Source of the DNA: Asterias rubens
Taxonomy: Eukaryota
Reading direction: 5' to 3'
Assembly: GCF_902459465.1 (NCBI RefSeq)
Contig: NC_047070.1
Span: 12,400,001 to 12,464,000 of the forward strand
Length of the DNA stretch: 64,000 nucleotides
The first letter of the stretch is position 1. Each line of letters begins with the position of its first letter. Below the pieces are notes generated by a model that was not told the DNA's origin, made no database searches, and saw only the letters and a program-made list of their open reading frames with translations. Positions 25,014-37,287 of the stretch are shown in pieces. Both the position numbers and the translations under genes were made by a program.

Positions 25014-27123
25014 TTTATTAGGTGTTCGGGCCAACAGCCCGGAACACCTCTTATTAGGTGTTCGGGGCAACGGCCCGGAACACCCCTTATTATTATTTTT
25101 TTTCTTCTTATTTTTCTTCACACTTCTTCTTCTTCTTCTTCTTCTCAGCATCCCTTGTCCGCTAACAGAAACAATTTTCCCAAACTCGTATAAACTTGAA
25201 ACTTCGCACATAGTTAGATATTTATTAAGAGAAGAAAAATGTGTAGTTACGTCATCCATTCTTGAGTTAAGAAAATTCAAAGTTTATTATTTCAAAAAAT
25301 CATAACTTTTGATCTACATGATGGATTCCTACAATCGACACATCATCGGAAAGGTCGTTCAAAACTCCGTAAACGCCTCGCAGACATGACCCCATTTTGA
25401 TCTTGTCTTCCGGTTCAAAATCAAGGTTGAACAATCTAAAATTCATATATAAAGGACTACAACATTCCCCCATTGATTGCGCGTAAAGATTTTACAATTA
25501 CATGTTGTACTTTGTCACCATGTGTAAGTATGCGGTGCATTGCGGTCACCACGTGTATTGAGGAGCATAGTCACGCTCTGCACCACGTGTTTATCGTTTT
25601 AGTCTGCATTCGAGGCGTTTTCAACATAATGTCAGGTACATTTGCCTTTCGGTTAGTTAGTCTATTCTACAGTCGTAAATTTTTCGTTAGTTCATATTTC
25701 CTCAACCACATCAGCCATTTTGACAATCTATACATGTACATCATATGAAAGGGCTTTACGTACTTAACAAAAATGGACATGTTGGTAAATTTTTCTTGAC
25801 CTTTTGACCTTTTCAAACCGGAAATGACTGTAAAAATGATTTGAAAGGGCGTTATTTACGGGCTTTTAGGTTGAAATATACATCCTTTCTTGCTTTACCA
25901 TCACAGCATACAAGTCTGGCAAAGGTCTGGTTTAAAAAAAAACACTACTGATGACGTCACCAAAAATAAGTGCACCCTCTAGCGGCAGATTATAAACATC
26001 TAAAAATAACCCTTTACTAGATGTTTGTGTCAGAGTTTATGACATTTGTTTCAAAATTGGTATACATAATCTCCTTCATAATGGCAACGTATCCGTGCAG
26101 TCTTAGCTTGATGAGGTCATCATGTGTCAGGTGGTATTGCTTTAAAGGTGCACTTTTCAAAGCTGTATGTATGCCAAACCAATGTTCGACTGAGGTGAAA
26201 CTTGAGTACAAATCTTGAGAACAAAGCAAGGTGGAGTATTTTTTTACACCAGGTTTTTACTCCCGGAAACCGAACACCTACAGTTTGTTTTAAAACAAAC
26301 TCTAAATTTCTATTTTTTGTTCGTGGTGTAGTTTCAATATAGTCTGTGTTCGAGGCGTTATCATACATTTCCCATTTGATTAGGTAGTCTTCATTTCAGT
26401 CGTCAATACTTCATAAGTTCATATTTCCTCAACCACATAAGCTATTTTGACAATCTTTACATCATATGAAAGGGCTTTACGAACTTCACAAAAATGAATA
26501 TGTTGGTGACCGTTTCTTGACCTTTTAAACTGTCTTCACCCGAAAGTGACTGAACAATGCTTTGAAAAGGCGTTATTTCTTGACCCTTTAGGTTGAATAT
26601 TAACCTTTTGATCAAATAATATAAGTCTGGCAAAGGTCTGGTTTAAAAAAAATAATACGATCAGAGTCACCAAAAATAAGTGCGCTCTCTAGCAGTAGAT
26701 TAAAAACATCTAAAAATATACTTTTACTAGATGTTTGTGTCAGTGTTTAAATGTCAATTGTTTCACAATGGTATACATAATCTCCTTTATAACACCAACA
26801 TATCTGTGGAGTCTTAGCTTGATGACGCCATCATGTGTCACGTGGTATTGCTTTGAACGTCCACTTTTCAAAGCTGCGTGTCTGCCAAACCAAAAGTTTG
26901 ACTGAGGTGAAACTTGGTGTATTGTTAGTTAAGAACATTAACTTCTTGAACTCAAAATGACGTCATGATGACGTCATCATGTTGTTTTGACAATTTTTGC
27001 AATTTTGATAATCTATTACAAATCTTGAGAACAAAGCAAGGTGCAATATTTGTTTTTGACAGCAGGCTTTTACTCCCGGAAACCGAACACCTAGAGTTTG
27101 TTCACAAACTCTGAATTTCTAGT
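25014..27123 (+). mobile_element. Helentron/HINE-like element with a duplicated 3' portion
   Basis: 5' TTATTAGGTGTTCGG..CCGGAACACC (twice) + (TTC)n. 3' subTIR CCGAACACCT + hairpin occurs at 26270-26301 and again at 27083-27112, the latter followed by CTAG (27119-27122). Confidence 0.7.
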
Positions 27124-27599
27124 TATTATTATTTTTTAAATCATGGCTAATGGTTTATTGGGTACTTACATGCGCATACAGCAACAAAAATCCCTGCTCA
27201 CTCGTGGAATAATGCTTAACGTAGCGCTGAATTCACTGCTTCCGCAAGCGCCAGGTTCTTTGCTTACGTATGGTAAGCAGAGCCATGATCTGGCCCTGCG
27301 CATGCCTGGCGGCAATTTTTTTTTCCCTTTTTTTTAAACCGATTTAGAAGAAACAACTTTCCCATTGATAGCACTACGACACTGGCAATTTCATAGTAAG
27401 CCTATTACAGAAAAAATTGCTGCCTGGGGATGGCGGGGTCATTCATTCTGGGAAAAAAAATCACGCCCCTCCCCTTACTTCTAGAAACTATGCTCCCCCA
27501 TGAGGGAGCCTTATAGTTTCTAGAAGTAATTCTCAATAAATTCTTAATATAGTTTTATGTTGAAAATTACAGTGTAGACAACTTGACCAAGCGAGGTCA

Positions 27600-28180
27600 A
27601 GTAATTTGACTGTCCCAACTATAGTTGAGACCATCTCTACCAAATAAAATATTATAAAATAAATTTGGTCTATCCCCACTACAGTTGGGACAGTCATTAC
27701 TACAGATGGGACTGGGGGTCCCAACTAGAGTAACGACTGTCCCAACTGTACCGATGACTGTCCCAACTATAGTTGAGACAGTCTCTACCAGATAAAATAT
27801 TATAAAATAAATTTGGTCTATCCCCACTACAGTTGGGACAGTCATTACTACAGTTTGGACTGGGGGTCCCAACTAGAGTAACGACTGTCCTAACTGTACC
27901 AATGACTGTCCGGACTATAGTTGAGACAATCTCTACCAGATAAATAAATTTGGTCTATCCCCACTACAGTTGGGACAGTCATTACTACAGTTGGGACTGG
28001 GGGTCCCAAGTAGAGTAACAACTGTCCTAACTGTACCAATGACTGTCCCAACTATAGTTGAGACCATCCCTACCAAATAAAATATTATGAAATAAATTTG
28101 GTCTATCCCCACTACAGTTGGGACAGTCATTACTACAGTTGGGACTGGGGGTCCCAACTAGAGTAACGACTGTCCCATCT
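27600..28180. repeat. ~148-bp tandem repeat, ~4 copies, rich in TTGGGAC/GTCCCAA
   Basis: CCCCACTACAGTTGGGACAGTCATTAC at 27674, 27822, 27959 and 28108. Confidence 0.92.
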
Positions 28181-29097
28181 TCTATGAGGAGACCATCCCT
28201 ACCACCACTTAACCCGGGGCTATCCCACAGACTGCACTGAGTTGGGACAGTCAACCCATTGGACAGTTTGGGACGGCAGTCAATTCTGTGTGGCTGATGC
28301 AGAGAAATAACCGCAGTCTCAGACTTGAAATCAAGTCAACACAGTCTGGTCCCGACAGTACAGTAATCCATGCACGGTACTGTTGAGCTCTACGTGAAAT
28401 CCCAACTACAGTTGGGACGCCCCAACTTTACCACTCAAGTTGGGACCAGTACCAACTATAGTTGGGACGATTATCAAGAAATCCTGCAATGGTGCTGGGA
28501 CGGAACAGTGCTACCTTACCTACCTAGCAAGATTTGTCCATGAAGGAACCTCACTGTTCTGTCCTCTGGCTGGTCTACTTCTGAAACTTAACTATAGTTT
28601 CTAGAAGCACCTCTGCTCTGGTCCTATATCCTTAAAATAACTAAAGTTACAGATACAGGCTTGAATTTGAAGACATCGGGACCCTTTTTTACTTTAGTGT
28701 TAGTATATCGTAGGAGGTCCTGTTTTCGAGGTGTCCCTAAAAACATGGCAAATCTTTTACCTCTCTGTGCGCGATGTAAACAGTCCCTAGATAAAAATTG
28801 TGTGGCTTTATTTGCCAAGCAAAGAGTCTCCTCTCCCTTGACCAAAACTTAGAAACACGTAAGGCTCCACTGGATATTTGCACTTGTAAATGCAAAAAGT
28901 TTGGTATTTTAGGCATTTCTACAAGGTACAAAAATATGTCATAATGTTGAGGCCATATAAAAATATTTGCCCACCGAAAAAGTTTCATCAAACACCATTT
29001 CAATTCACAAATCATGATGATCAAACCATGTGACTGAATATTTTGCTGAGCATTCTGGAAAAAAAATACAGAGGCTTAAAGAAGCCATGTGCCTTAT

Positions 29098-32000
29098 CAG
29101 GCCTTCATTTTGATAAATACGAGGAGAGCTGCAAATCGCTCTCCTTAAATCTCCAAAGTGAATTAAGGAGAGTGATTTGCTCTCATTAACAAAAATCAAG
29201 TTTGAGCTGCAAGGAAAACGATTTACTTTTCGCTAACAAAACCCAAGTTTAATAAACACATACTCATACAAACCAACCTGCTACAGGTTTTAGATTTGTT
29301 TTCTTTGTAAACAAGTGGCAAAGTAGATAAAAGAATGAGTTTGTTTAAAACTAATTTGTTTTGATATTTGTTGTTGCTTTGACATTGATAAAGGTTTTGC
29401 TGTCTACTTTATTGTGTCTTATTTATGTTTGGAGAAATCAAAAAGATGAGTCATCTGAAGTGTTATCAGGGTTAGAAGTAGTTGCTTCAGCACCATCACT
29501 GGTCTCACGTTCATCTGATTCAGACCCAGATTTGCCATTCACATCTTCATCGTCAGGCTCAGCAGACCCTCCGCTGTCACTATCTGTATCAGAGCTGCTA
29601 CATGAATCGATGTCTGAGATTTGCAGGTTGTCTTCTGAGAGCTTTATCTTCTTTGGACCAACCTCTACACCATCATCAGGAACTAGTTTACGCCTCTTCA
29701 ACATAAATAATTTGAGAGCATCTTCCAGGATGTCGTCACGCTCGTGCTCCTCCCAGACAAGATGATTGGCCTTAATTAGAAGAAGATCCTCCATTGTGTT
29801 GTGGTTGAGGGAGAGCCTTCGATCAGACAGCATTGATGTCAGGATGCTAAAACCACACTCAACAGTGCTGTTGCTCACTCCGATGGCCATGGCTACCTCA
29901 ACAAGTAGGCACATGTTCGGCATGTCATTTCTCCTGTACTTGATAATCTGCCCCCACATATCCTTGGTCTTCGTACCTCTGTAGAATGTCTTGTGCAAAA
30001 CTTTCAACATCTGCCACTCTCGCTTAATCTTATTGGACTGGAAGCCAACAGCAGCCAGTGAAGTTGAGAAGTGAGCAGCAACAGCTTCCATTGCTTCCAC
30101 CTCAGCGGTCACATCATCCTCTCTCCAATTAGCTGGATTCAGCCAAGACATGCTTGTAAACACGCTCTCGTTGTTGAATGAGCTGAATCGGTCATCAAGT
30201 CGCTTCATCAACAAAGGAATGCACTTCTGACAGAGACTTTCGCTGACATCATTTACACCATGGCGAAGATTACGTTGGGCCATTTTCTCCAAAGAGACTG
30301 TTGAGTATTGCCGATTTTCTGCACTTCTTCTCATGTGTCCTTCTTTTGGAAGATCCCGGCTAATTTGACTGCTGTTTGGGTCATAAGTATATCCAGCTTT
30401 CTGGATCAGGGAGGCAGAACTTTCATCTTCAAGTAGGCCCTGCAAGCTGATCTTTGTCACCTCAACTGCAGGGAGAACTTCAAAAGCGTGGATATCCCCT
30501 CTCTCAAACTTCAGGGACAGAGCTGAGATGATGTCGAGAATCTCGAAGAAGAGACAGCTGGTGGCAAGGAAATCAGGTCGTCTCAGCTTCTTCAGAATAC
30601 CTCTTAGTTTGGCATTCAGGTTAGAGTGAGTGCTGTGCATGATGGAGTTCTCAATAGCCAGAGCAAGTGGGATCCAGTTGTTGAGAAGGATGCGCAGACC
30701 ATTTCTCTGGTGGCCCACAAAACGCGTTCCGTGAACCTTTGGAAACTTGTACACTTGACATTCCAGTGCTTTTCCGGTAGCTTCAAAGTGCCTCTTGAAT
30801 TTTCCGGATCTTTTCATCAGGTAGTAGATGGTAACCATCAGCTCTTTCACCTCAACAAGGGCAGCCTCATTCATAAGGGCGTCTTTTACTGCCAGCTCCA
30901 GTCGGTGTGAGATGCAGTGAATCATAACAAGCCAGGGGCGGCCGTCTCTCTGTAGTCTAACCAAAAGACCATTGTAAACTCCGGTATTGACAGATGCTCC
31001 ATCTGCAGTAGCCGACACCAAAGCTTTTGTGTATTTGTCAGCAGGGAGCTTTACCTTCTCTGTCAGTGCATGTTTGATAGATTTGTGAAGATTTCCTGCA
31101 GTCGCATCTCCATAACTGTCTACGTTCTCTAGAGCAGCTACAAAGAATTTCGGATGCCCATCTTTCACGACCCGAACCATCACAAGCTCTTTCTCGTTTC
31201 CAGTTTTTCTAGTCTGAGATCCATCACTCAGCACAGAAAATGCAGGAGCTGAACACAATATGGATGTTAACTTAGATCGGATGACATCTGCGATTACATG
31301 AACAAATTCTTTCGCTCTGTTGCTGCTCTCTGTTCCTTGGATGAGTTTCACTCCATTTGCTTTCTGTACTCTCACCAAGGTCTTAAAAGTGGAAAGTGGT
31401 AATCCATCAACAGCCATGATGTAAGCACTTCTCAGCAACTTTCTATATGCCTCGTCTGATACACTGTGGATGGCCTGGGCTATGTTGGGCTGGGTACGTT
31501 TGATTGGGCCAGGCGTAGCAACGACACCTGAGGATGATGCCTCTCCTTCTTCACCAAGAAGTCTCTGATATTCCAGACCAATGGAATGCGCCTAAGGAGG
31601 AAGAACAAAATAAAATTTAACAAATGTTATTGCTCAAATGTCACTGTTTAATTGAAGGTAAAGTATGCATTCAATAAAAAGAAATGCATCATTCAAGATG
31701 AAAACAATACATTTTGTTTGCTGGTTTCAAAAAACAAGGGATGGTTTCAAAATTCAACCATGAATGATATGTCCAGATAAATCTTTTTATTTTACCGATA
31801 ATCTTTAAAACAAAGTCAAATTGTGTAAACAAACTCAAAAGTGGATTTCAATTTCTCATTTTGAATTAGATTTGTTTTAAAGATTGGAACTAAATTATTA
31901 CTTTGTTTGAGCTGCACGTATAAAAGTTCACTTCATGCTCAGCGACATACAACCAAGAAAGAATAAGATTTTTAAAATCCACAAATGAATTATTTGATAC

Positions 32001-34165
32001 ATTAATGATGCCCCTCACAATAATTTATGCATATCATCCCCACAATTTTGTTTTTAATTGTCTGCTTACTCCGCTGTTAATGCTCCCATACATTGGAAAA
32101 AATAAAAACATGTAAGTGAAAACATGGCAGAGAATACGATTGTCTTAACTGTCACAGTAATTATCTTTTAGAAGATTTTATATTGCTCTGCAAGTTGCAA
32201 TAATTTAATTGAAACCTATGCTAAAATAAGTAGCAGTGGATGATGCCCCTTTCTTTTTAGTTTTGAACAATTATTATTCAAGCCTCCAAACTTAGATATA
32301 TTTTTGTGACACACGTTCCCTATGTGATAATAGTGTGTTTACTTAATTTAATCTTAGCTTCGATATTATTTTTTCAATTCCAGTAAAAGAAGCTATTCAA
32401 TTGATCCCTATTCAAAATCATAGGAAAACGCGTTTAAGATAACAGAAAAACGAAACATTTGTGATCGCAGTCCTCCAGTTATTGTATCGCGTTTCTTTGG
32501 GGTCACGACCGCTACTGACTGCCCTGACCAGGCTCACATACAGCGCCGACCACCTCACATCACTACTGTGGTCCTTTCTCTATGAGCGTAATGACAGCAC
32601 GAGCAGCGCAGCGAAGGGCGGCACGGTATGTACATGTACATGTGTACATGTACGAACATGCACAGTGCAAACATTATCCATATGCATGAGCTACAATACA
32701 ATGTGCGGTTGTGATTGGTCTGGAATTGTTTCCTAAATATTTGCATACAAAGGCCATCCAGCGAGCTACACCATTCTGCACGTGGGAAAATACTACACGG
32801 GGTATCAACCATATGCATCATTACACGATATATGGCTTGTGATGGACCCCTCCCATAAAATATGTTAATCACACTCACGCATGCGTACAGACCCTGTTGG
32901 TTGGCAAACGCCATCACGCACCCATTAGCCGTGTACAAAACAGCGCGATGTTCCCTTATTTTGCCAACCAAAACGTTACATGTAGTGCGCACGCGCTATG
33001 TGCAATTTACATATTTCATGGGAAAGGTCTATTGGTCTGGCGTAGTTGAGCGACAGTGGGCGCCAAGAGTGAAGGACGCTGGCAGCAGTTCAGAACATTT
33101 TCGAGGGCGGGACTTGAATTCGAGCCAAAAGTGTTGTAATTTTGGGACGCACGTGTGTTTTAAGTCTACGGCAAATGTTTCTGTTTACCCTTCTTTCCTC
33201 CATGATGTATCTAAACGTTACCCAGTTTCTTTGCTCTATGGTTTACCATGTAGTTTAGTGGCGAGTCGAAACATGGGCAAATTGAATTTGGCACTTCTTA
33301 ACAATTATTTAAAGAAAATAATAATTTGTCATATTATACTTGATCAAAATTATTTAATTATAAAACAATACTTCTAGGTCTATCCAAAACTCACCTTTGA
33401 TGACAGATGTCGTGTGGCGGTGTACTTGGTGACAAATGCAGACCCGATTACGTACGCCTCGATGTCTTTTTGGGCTTGCCCCCGAATTCTTGTATCCTCC
33501 TTGATTTTATTGATGAAGGTCCGACAAACCTTACACCAAATTTTGGTGACCATGATGCGGTCATTTATTGGTTTCGTCTCGTAACCATAGCTATTTAAAT
33601 TCCACCTCAAAAACGTTGATAGCTGAACACTTGACATTTTAATGGCATTTATAATCTAGCAAAACAAAACGTGCATGCTCTACACTACCAATAATTAGAA
33701 CAAGCAGCCCGGCCGCGAGCTATGAACTTACTTACAAAATTCCTAACCAATCACAGGCGTGTATTTGTGGTGCCCGTGAATATTTATTACCAATCGTCCA
33801 CCAGCTAGAATACTATAGGCCCCGCCCAGATACGTTTGTGTGCAACCAGCTGGCCGGCCGGGGACCGGCATCATCAAACACGCCGCATGAACGCACAACT
33901 CACACACTTTGATACAAAACGTTTGCCTCTGCCAAGTTCAACAATCGCGGGTTTAAAACACAAAACAAAAAACTTCCGCTCATTAAATTTTGCCATTGCC
34001 AACTCTGAAGCGGCTTGTTTCGATCACCAGTTTCAGGTTTTGGGTTTTGATTAAAAAATGCTCTTGTTAAATTTGTAAGGAGCGCTTTTTTTTGCTCTCC
34101 TTGGAAAACATTAAGGAGCGCGGAGGAGCGCGAGTGCGATCGCGCTCCTTAAAAATTAAGGTCTG
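29098..34165 (-). mobile_element. Full-length hAT-superfamily DNA transposon (5068 bp)
   Basis: TIR CAGGCCTTCATTTT / CAGACCTTAATTTT, flanking CCTTAT duplication, AGGAG(C/A)G subterminal motifs. An empty-site paralog has a single ATAAGG at 42833-42838. Confidence 0.9.
29438..33637 (-). CDS. Spliced hAT transposase (ZNF862-like type), ~798 aa; exons 33637-33395 and 31591-29438
   Basis: Donor AAG|gtgagt, acceptor ccttag|GCG, phase 0, no stops. Zn-finger-like WCKVC...RHLSSK|AH spans the intron. Catalytic-type motifs VLSDGS, TADGASVN, HCISHRLEL and TVECGFS. Confidence 0.88.
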
Positions 34166-34815
34166 CCTTATATCATTTTCTAATATTTTTTGAGATTTTT
34201 TTTTTAACCCTCCGATCAATATTATTATTAATATTAAAATTTAAAACGATCAGCTTGTTGATTCAATATCACTGTTTATTTATACACTTTATTCTAAATT
34301 TTAAGAGAAAAAAAAGGGGGAAAAAATAAATAAAAATCAGATTTGAAAGCCAATTATTATTCACACTTTTTTTTTAATTATTTATTTTTGTTATTTTTTG
34401 CAAATTACCATGGTAATTTTAAAATTTCATTAAAAAATATTTTGAACAAAACGAAGACAACTGCTGGCTATAGAGTAATATACACAGTCTCAAAGAACAC
34501 TTGTAGTCACTGTAGATGTTTCTTCCATGTATGGCTTCACCGGGAAACTATGCTTTCTTGTTTGCCGTGAAAACAGGAAAAACTCAAAACAAATGGGGCC
34601 AGTTGAAGTCATCGAAGATCGGTGTGTAGTGTGAACATTTCAATGTCCATCAAGTTTTAACAATATGTTTGCATACTTCATATTAACAAAAGAAGGTAAT
34701 TAGGGCATCGGTTGATATAAGGCATCATTATTTTTTTCCCAATTCTAAGAAAAAGGCATATTACTTTTATTAGCGTGAAAACTGGTAAGGGGAGGATATA
34801 ATTAATTCTGCTTAC

Positions 34816-35005
34816 CACCAGTGCCAGTACCACTAACTCCAGTGACACTGTGATGTTCTTGGTCATGTTGCTTTTTACCCCAAATTCGGACAGTTTTATC
34901 ACCCCCACAGCTAGCAAGAAGTGAACCACTTGGATTCCAAGCAACATGCCAGACACGATCTAAATGGCCATCTAATGTAGCAACGTTCTCCATGTACCCA
35001 CTCAT
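34816..35005 (-). CDS. CIAO1: CIAO1 first coding exon (WD40 repeat 1)
   Basis: MSGYMENVATLDGHLDRVWHVAWNPSGSLLASCGGDKTVRIWG matches the CIAO1 N-terminus. Phase-1 donors at 34815 (gtaagc) or 34878 (gtaaaa). Confidence 0.88.
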
Positions 35006-35526
35006 AATAATTATGTTGCTCTTTTATCGACAAAAAAGTGTGATGTGTTTCTTTTCCGATTACGAAAGATACGCCACTTTTTCAACAAGTGCTGCAGTAG
35101 TAGTGAAGAAATATCGCTACTGACTGTATGTTTTGTGATGGCACACGTGTGCGCAGGGCGCACACAACCATTAATATATAATTGACTAGTCTTGGTTCAA
35201 GATAGTCTGGTTCCCAGACCCAAAAATCAACTTTCCGCTGTGTTCAGTTTTCCGAATGACCAAATACGGTAGCATTACGTCATGCGATGCCTGCGCACAG
35301 CAAGCGAAAGTAGTCCATTTTTAGTGCCGTATTGAGTTATCCATTACCCTCCGGTCCCAACAAACATTGGGTAATGGGCCCCGTACGGGTAATGTTAGGG
35401 CGCGTACCGGCAGTACCGCTACGGTACTGCCCTTATTCAACCCGTAAAAAGCCAGTATAGGGCCGGCCGTGTCCGAAACGGCGACTACGGTACTGCCCTT
35501 ATTCAACCCGTAAAAAGCCAGTATAG

Positions 35527-35655
35527 GGCCGTGTCCGAAACGGCGACTTCGGCTACAGCTACGGCTAGATCGCGCGCGTCTGCCTATTCTTTAACACTGG
35601 TAGACGCGCTGATCTAGACGTAGCTGTAGCCGAAGTCGCCGTTTCGGACACGGCC
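35527..35655. mobile_element. 129-bp Harbinger-like MITE
   Basis: Long TIR GGCCGTGTCCGAAACGGCGACTTCGGCTACAGCTACG; 3-bp TAG on both flanks (35524-35526, 35656-35658). Confidence 0.85.
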
Positions 35656-36180
35656 TAGGTTTGATTGTGGCGGACGTTGCAGGACCTGTTAGGGCACACC
35701 GTAAAGGTTCGTTACAGGCCCTGTAACCGTAACGCGGCACGGCAGATCGACCCTCAGCTGAATCAAGCTACGGACGATACCATTATCAGACTGAGTTAGG
35801 GGCGGGTGATGGCAACTTCAAATGCTATGACATTTTAATGCCGTTTATAATGTATTTGTTTACCATGCACATTAAAAGAAGAAACAAATCTTTATAAAAA
35901 TTATTGTGAAGTTTTGAAATATTGTGCATTTTTGGTGTCTAAAAACAATAATTGTTGTTTGACTTATTTTCTATACCCCTTTCAATAATGCTTTGATTCA
36001 CAAATTAGGCCCCGCCCCTTGACCGGTTTTGTTGTAAACATACGGGCATGCGGTACCGTTCCCGTAATGGACCTGTTCGAGTATTTCGGTACTTGCCAAA
36101 AACGCATGCGCAGCACCGTATTGCGCGTTGAGTGGCGCGCGTATACGGGCGCAGGCCATAGATGTAGAATATTATACACA

Positions 36181-36334
36181 TAATGAATGTTTATGAGTGC
36201 AATGGTGCGAATATGTTCATGAGTTGAAAGATGGAATGTTCTATTCAACGAGGCGGAGCCGAGTTGAATGGAACATTCCAGCTTTCAACGAATGAACATA
36301 TTCGCACCATTGCACGAATGAAAAACATTCATTA
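36181..36334. mobile_element. Palindromic mini-element with central GAGGCGGAGCCGAG
   Basis: Arms AATGAATGTTT..TGCAATGGTGCGAATATGTTCAT..TTCAAC and their reverse complement surround 36249-36263. Confidence 0.75.
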
Positions 36335-36506
36335 TTTGTTTTATATAACATCCAAGTAGAACTTTGTCATTTTGATTGAAAGAAACAACTTTCAAAACAA
36401 ACAATTTCAACTGTAGAAGCCGAATGCTAGTAATTTTACTATGCCTTCTTGCAGTAACACCTGCTGCGTTACCAAAGACACGCGCACGCAGTGATGTTTT
36501 TACTCA

Positions 36507-36591
36507 GCTTTTTCGTTCCATCCGAAAAGTACCATTGCACGCTGGCAGCGTGCCAGCGTGCAATGGTACTTTTCGGATGGAACGAAAAAGC
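36507..36591. repeat. Perfect inverted repeat, 41-bp arms, 3-nt loop
   Basis: GCTTTTTCGTTCCATCCGAAAAGTACCATTGCACGCTGGCA-gcg-reverse complement. Confidence 0.95.
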
Positions 36592-37287
36592 ACGGCGAGT
36601 GACTCAGCGTGCAATGGTACTTTTATTTGCTATCACGTGACGGACAATCCTCCAATCAAATGGCAAGGATCTGCTTGGGTGTTATATAAAGTGTTCTATA
36701 TCTATGGCGCACGCACGGACGCAGGCGTGCAAACTCACATTCGTGCGCTGCTGGGCGGTAGTTTTTTTCTCACTTTTCTGCCGAACTTTAGATTTGCGCA
36801 CGTACGTTCACCCGAAATCTGACAGAACTGTCCTCTTGTCCTCTGTATGACCCTGTTCTCTCCAACTGCTTCGTGACACCTGCTTTGGGAACATCAACAC
36901 GGCAATATTTGGTGAGTTGGTCACGTTGTCGTGACGTTAACTGACAGAAGTTTTTGGTATACACAGTCATTGACGGTTGTTGATGATGCATGCATTCATA
37001 GTTGGTTGTTCTGTGACACACTGACGTTCTATCACTCTAAGTATTTACTCGGGCTCAGCTAGTTATTTTTTAACTATTTTATTGTGTTTAATCGTTTTAC
37101 TAAGCTGTTGTGTTTCGAAAGTCTTCTTATTATTTACGGTTGTGTTAAAAATTTCATTAAAGTTGTAAAACGAACCTAACTAAAGTATTAAATAAATATA
37201 TAGGAAGATAATATTTCTTAGCCACTGCTCTTTGTTGGTATATATAGCCCTATAGGCATACGTACGTTCAGCTAAGCACCATCAACC

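Noticed and set aside
27533-28254. Hydrophobic repeat ORFs (VVMTVPTVVGIDQ)
   Set aside because: They are artefacts of the 148-bp tandem repeat.
32461-33377. ORFs inside the hAT intron
   Set aside because: They have no recognisable motifs, overlap on both strands, and have non-ATG starts.
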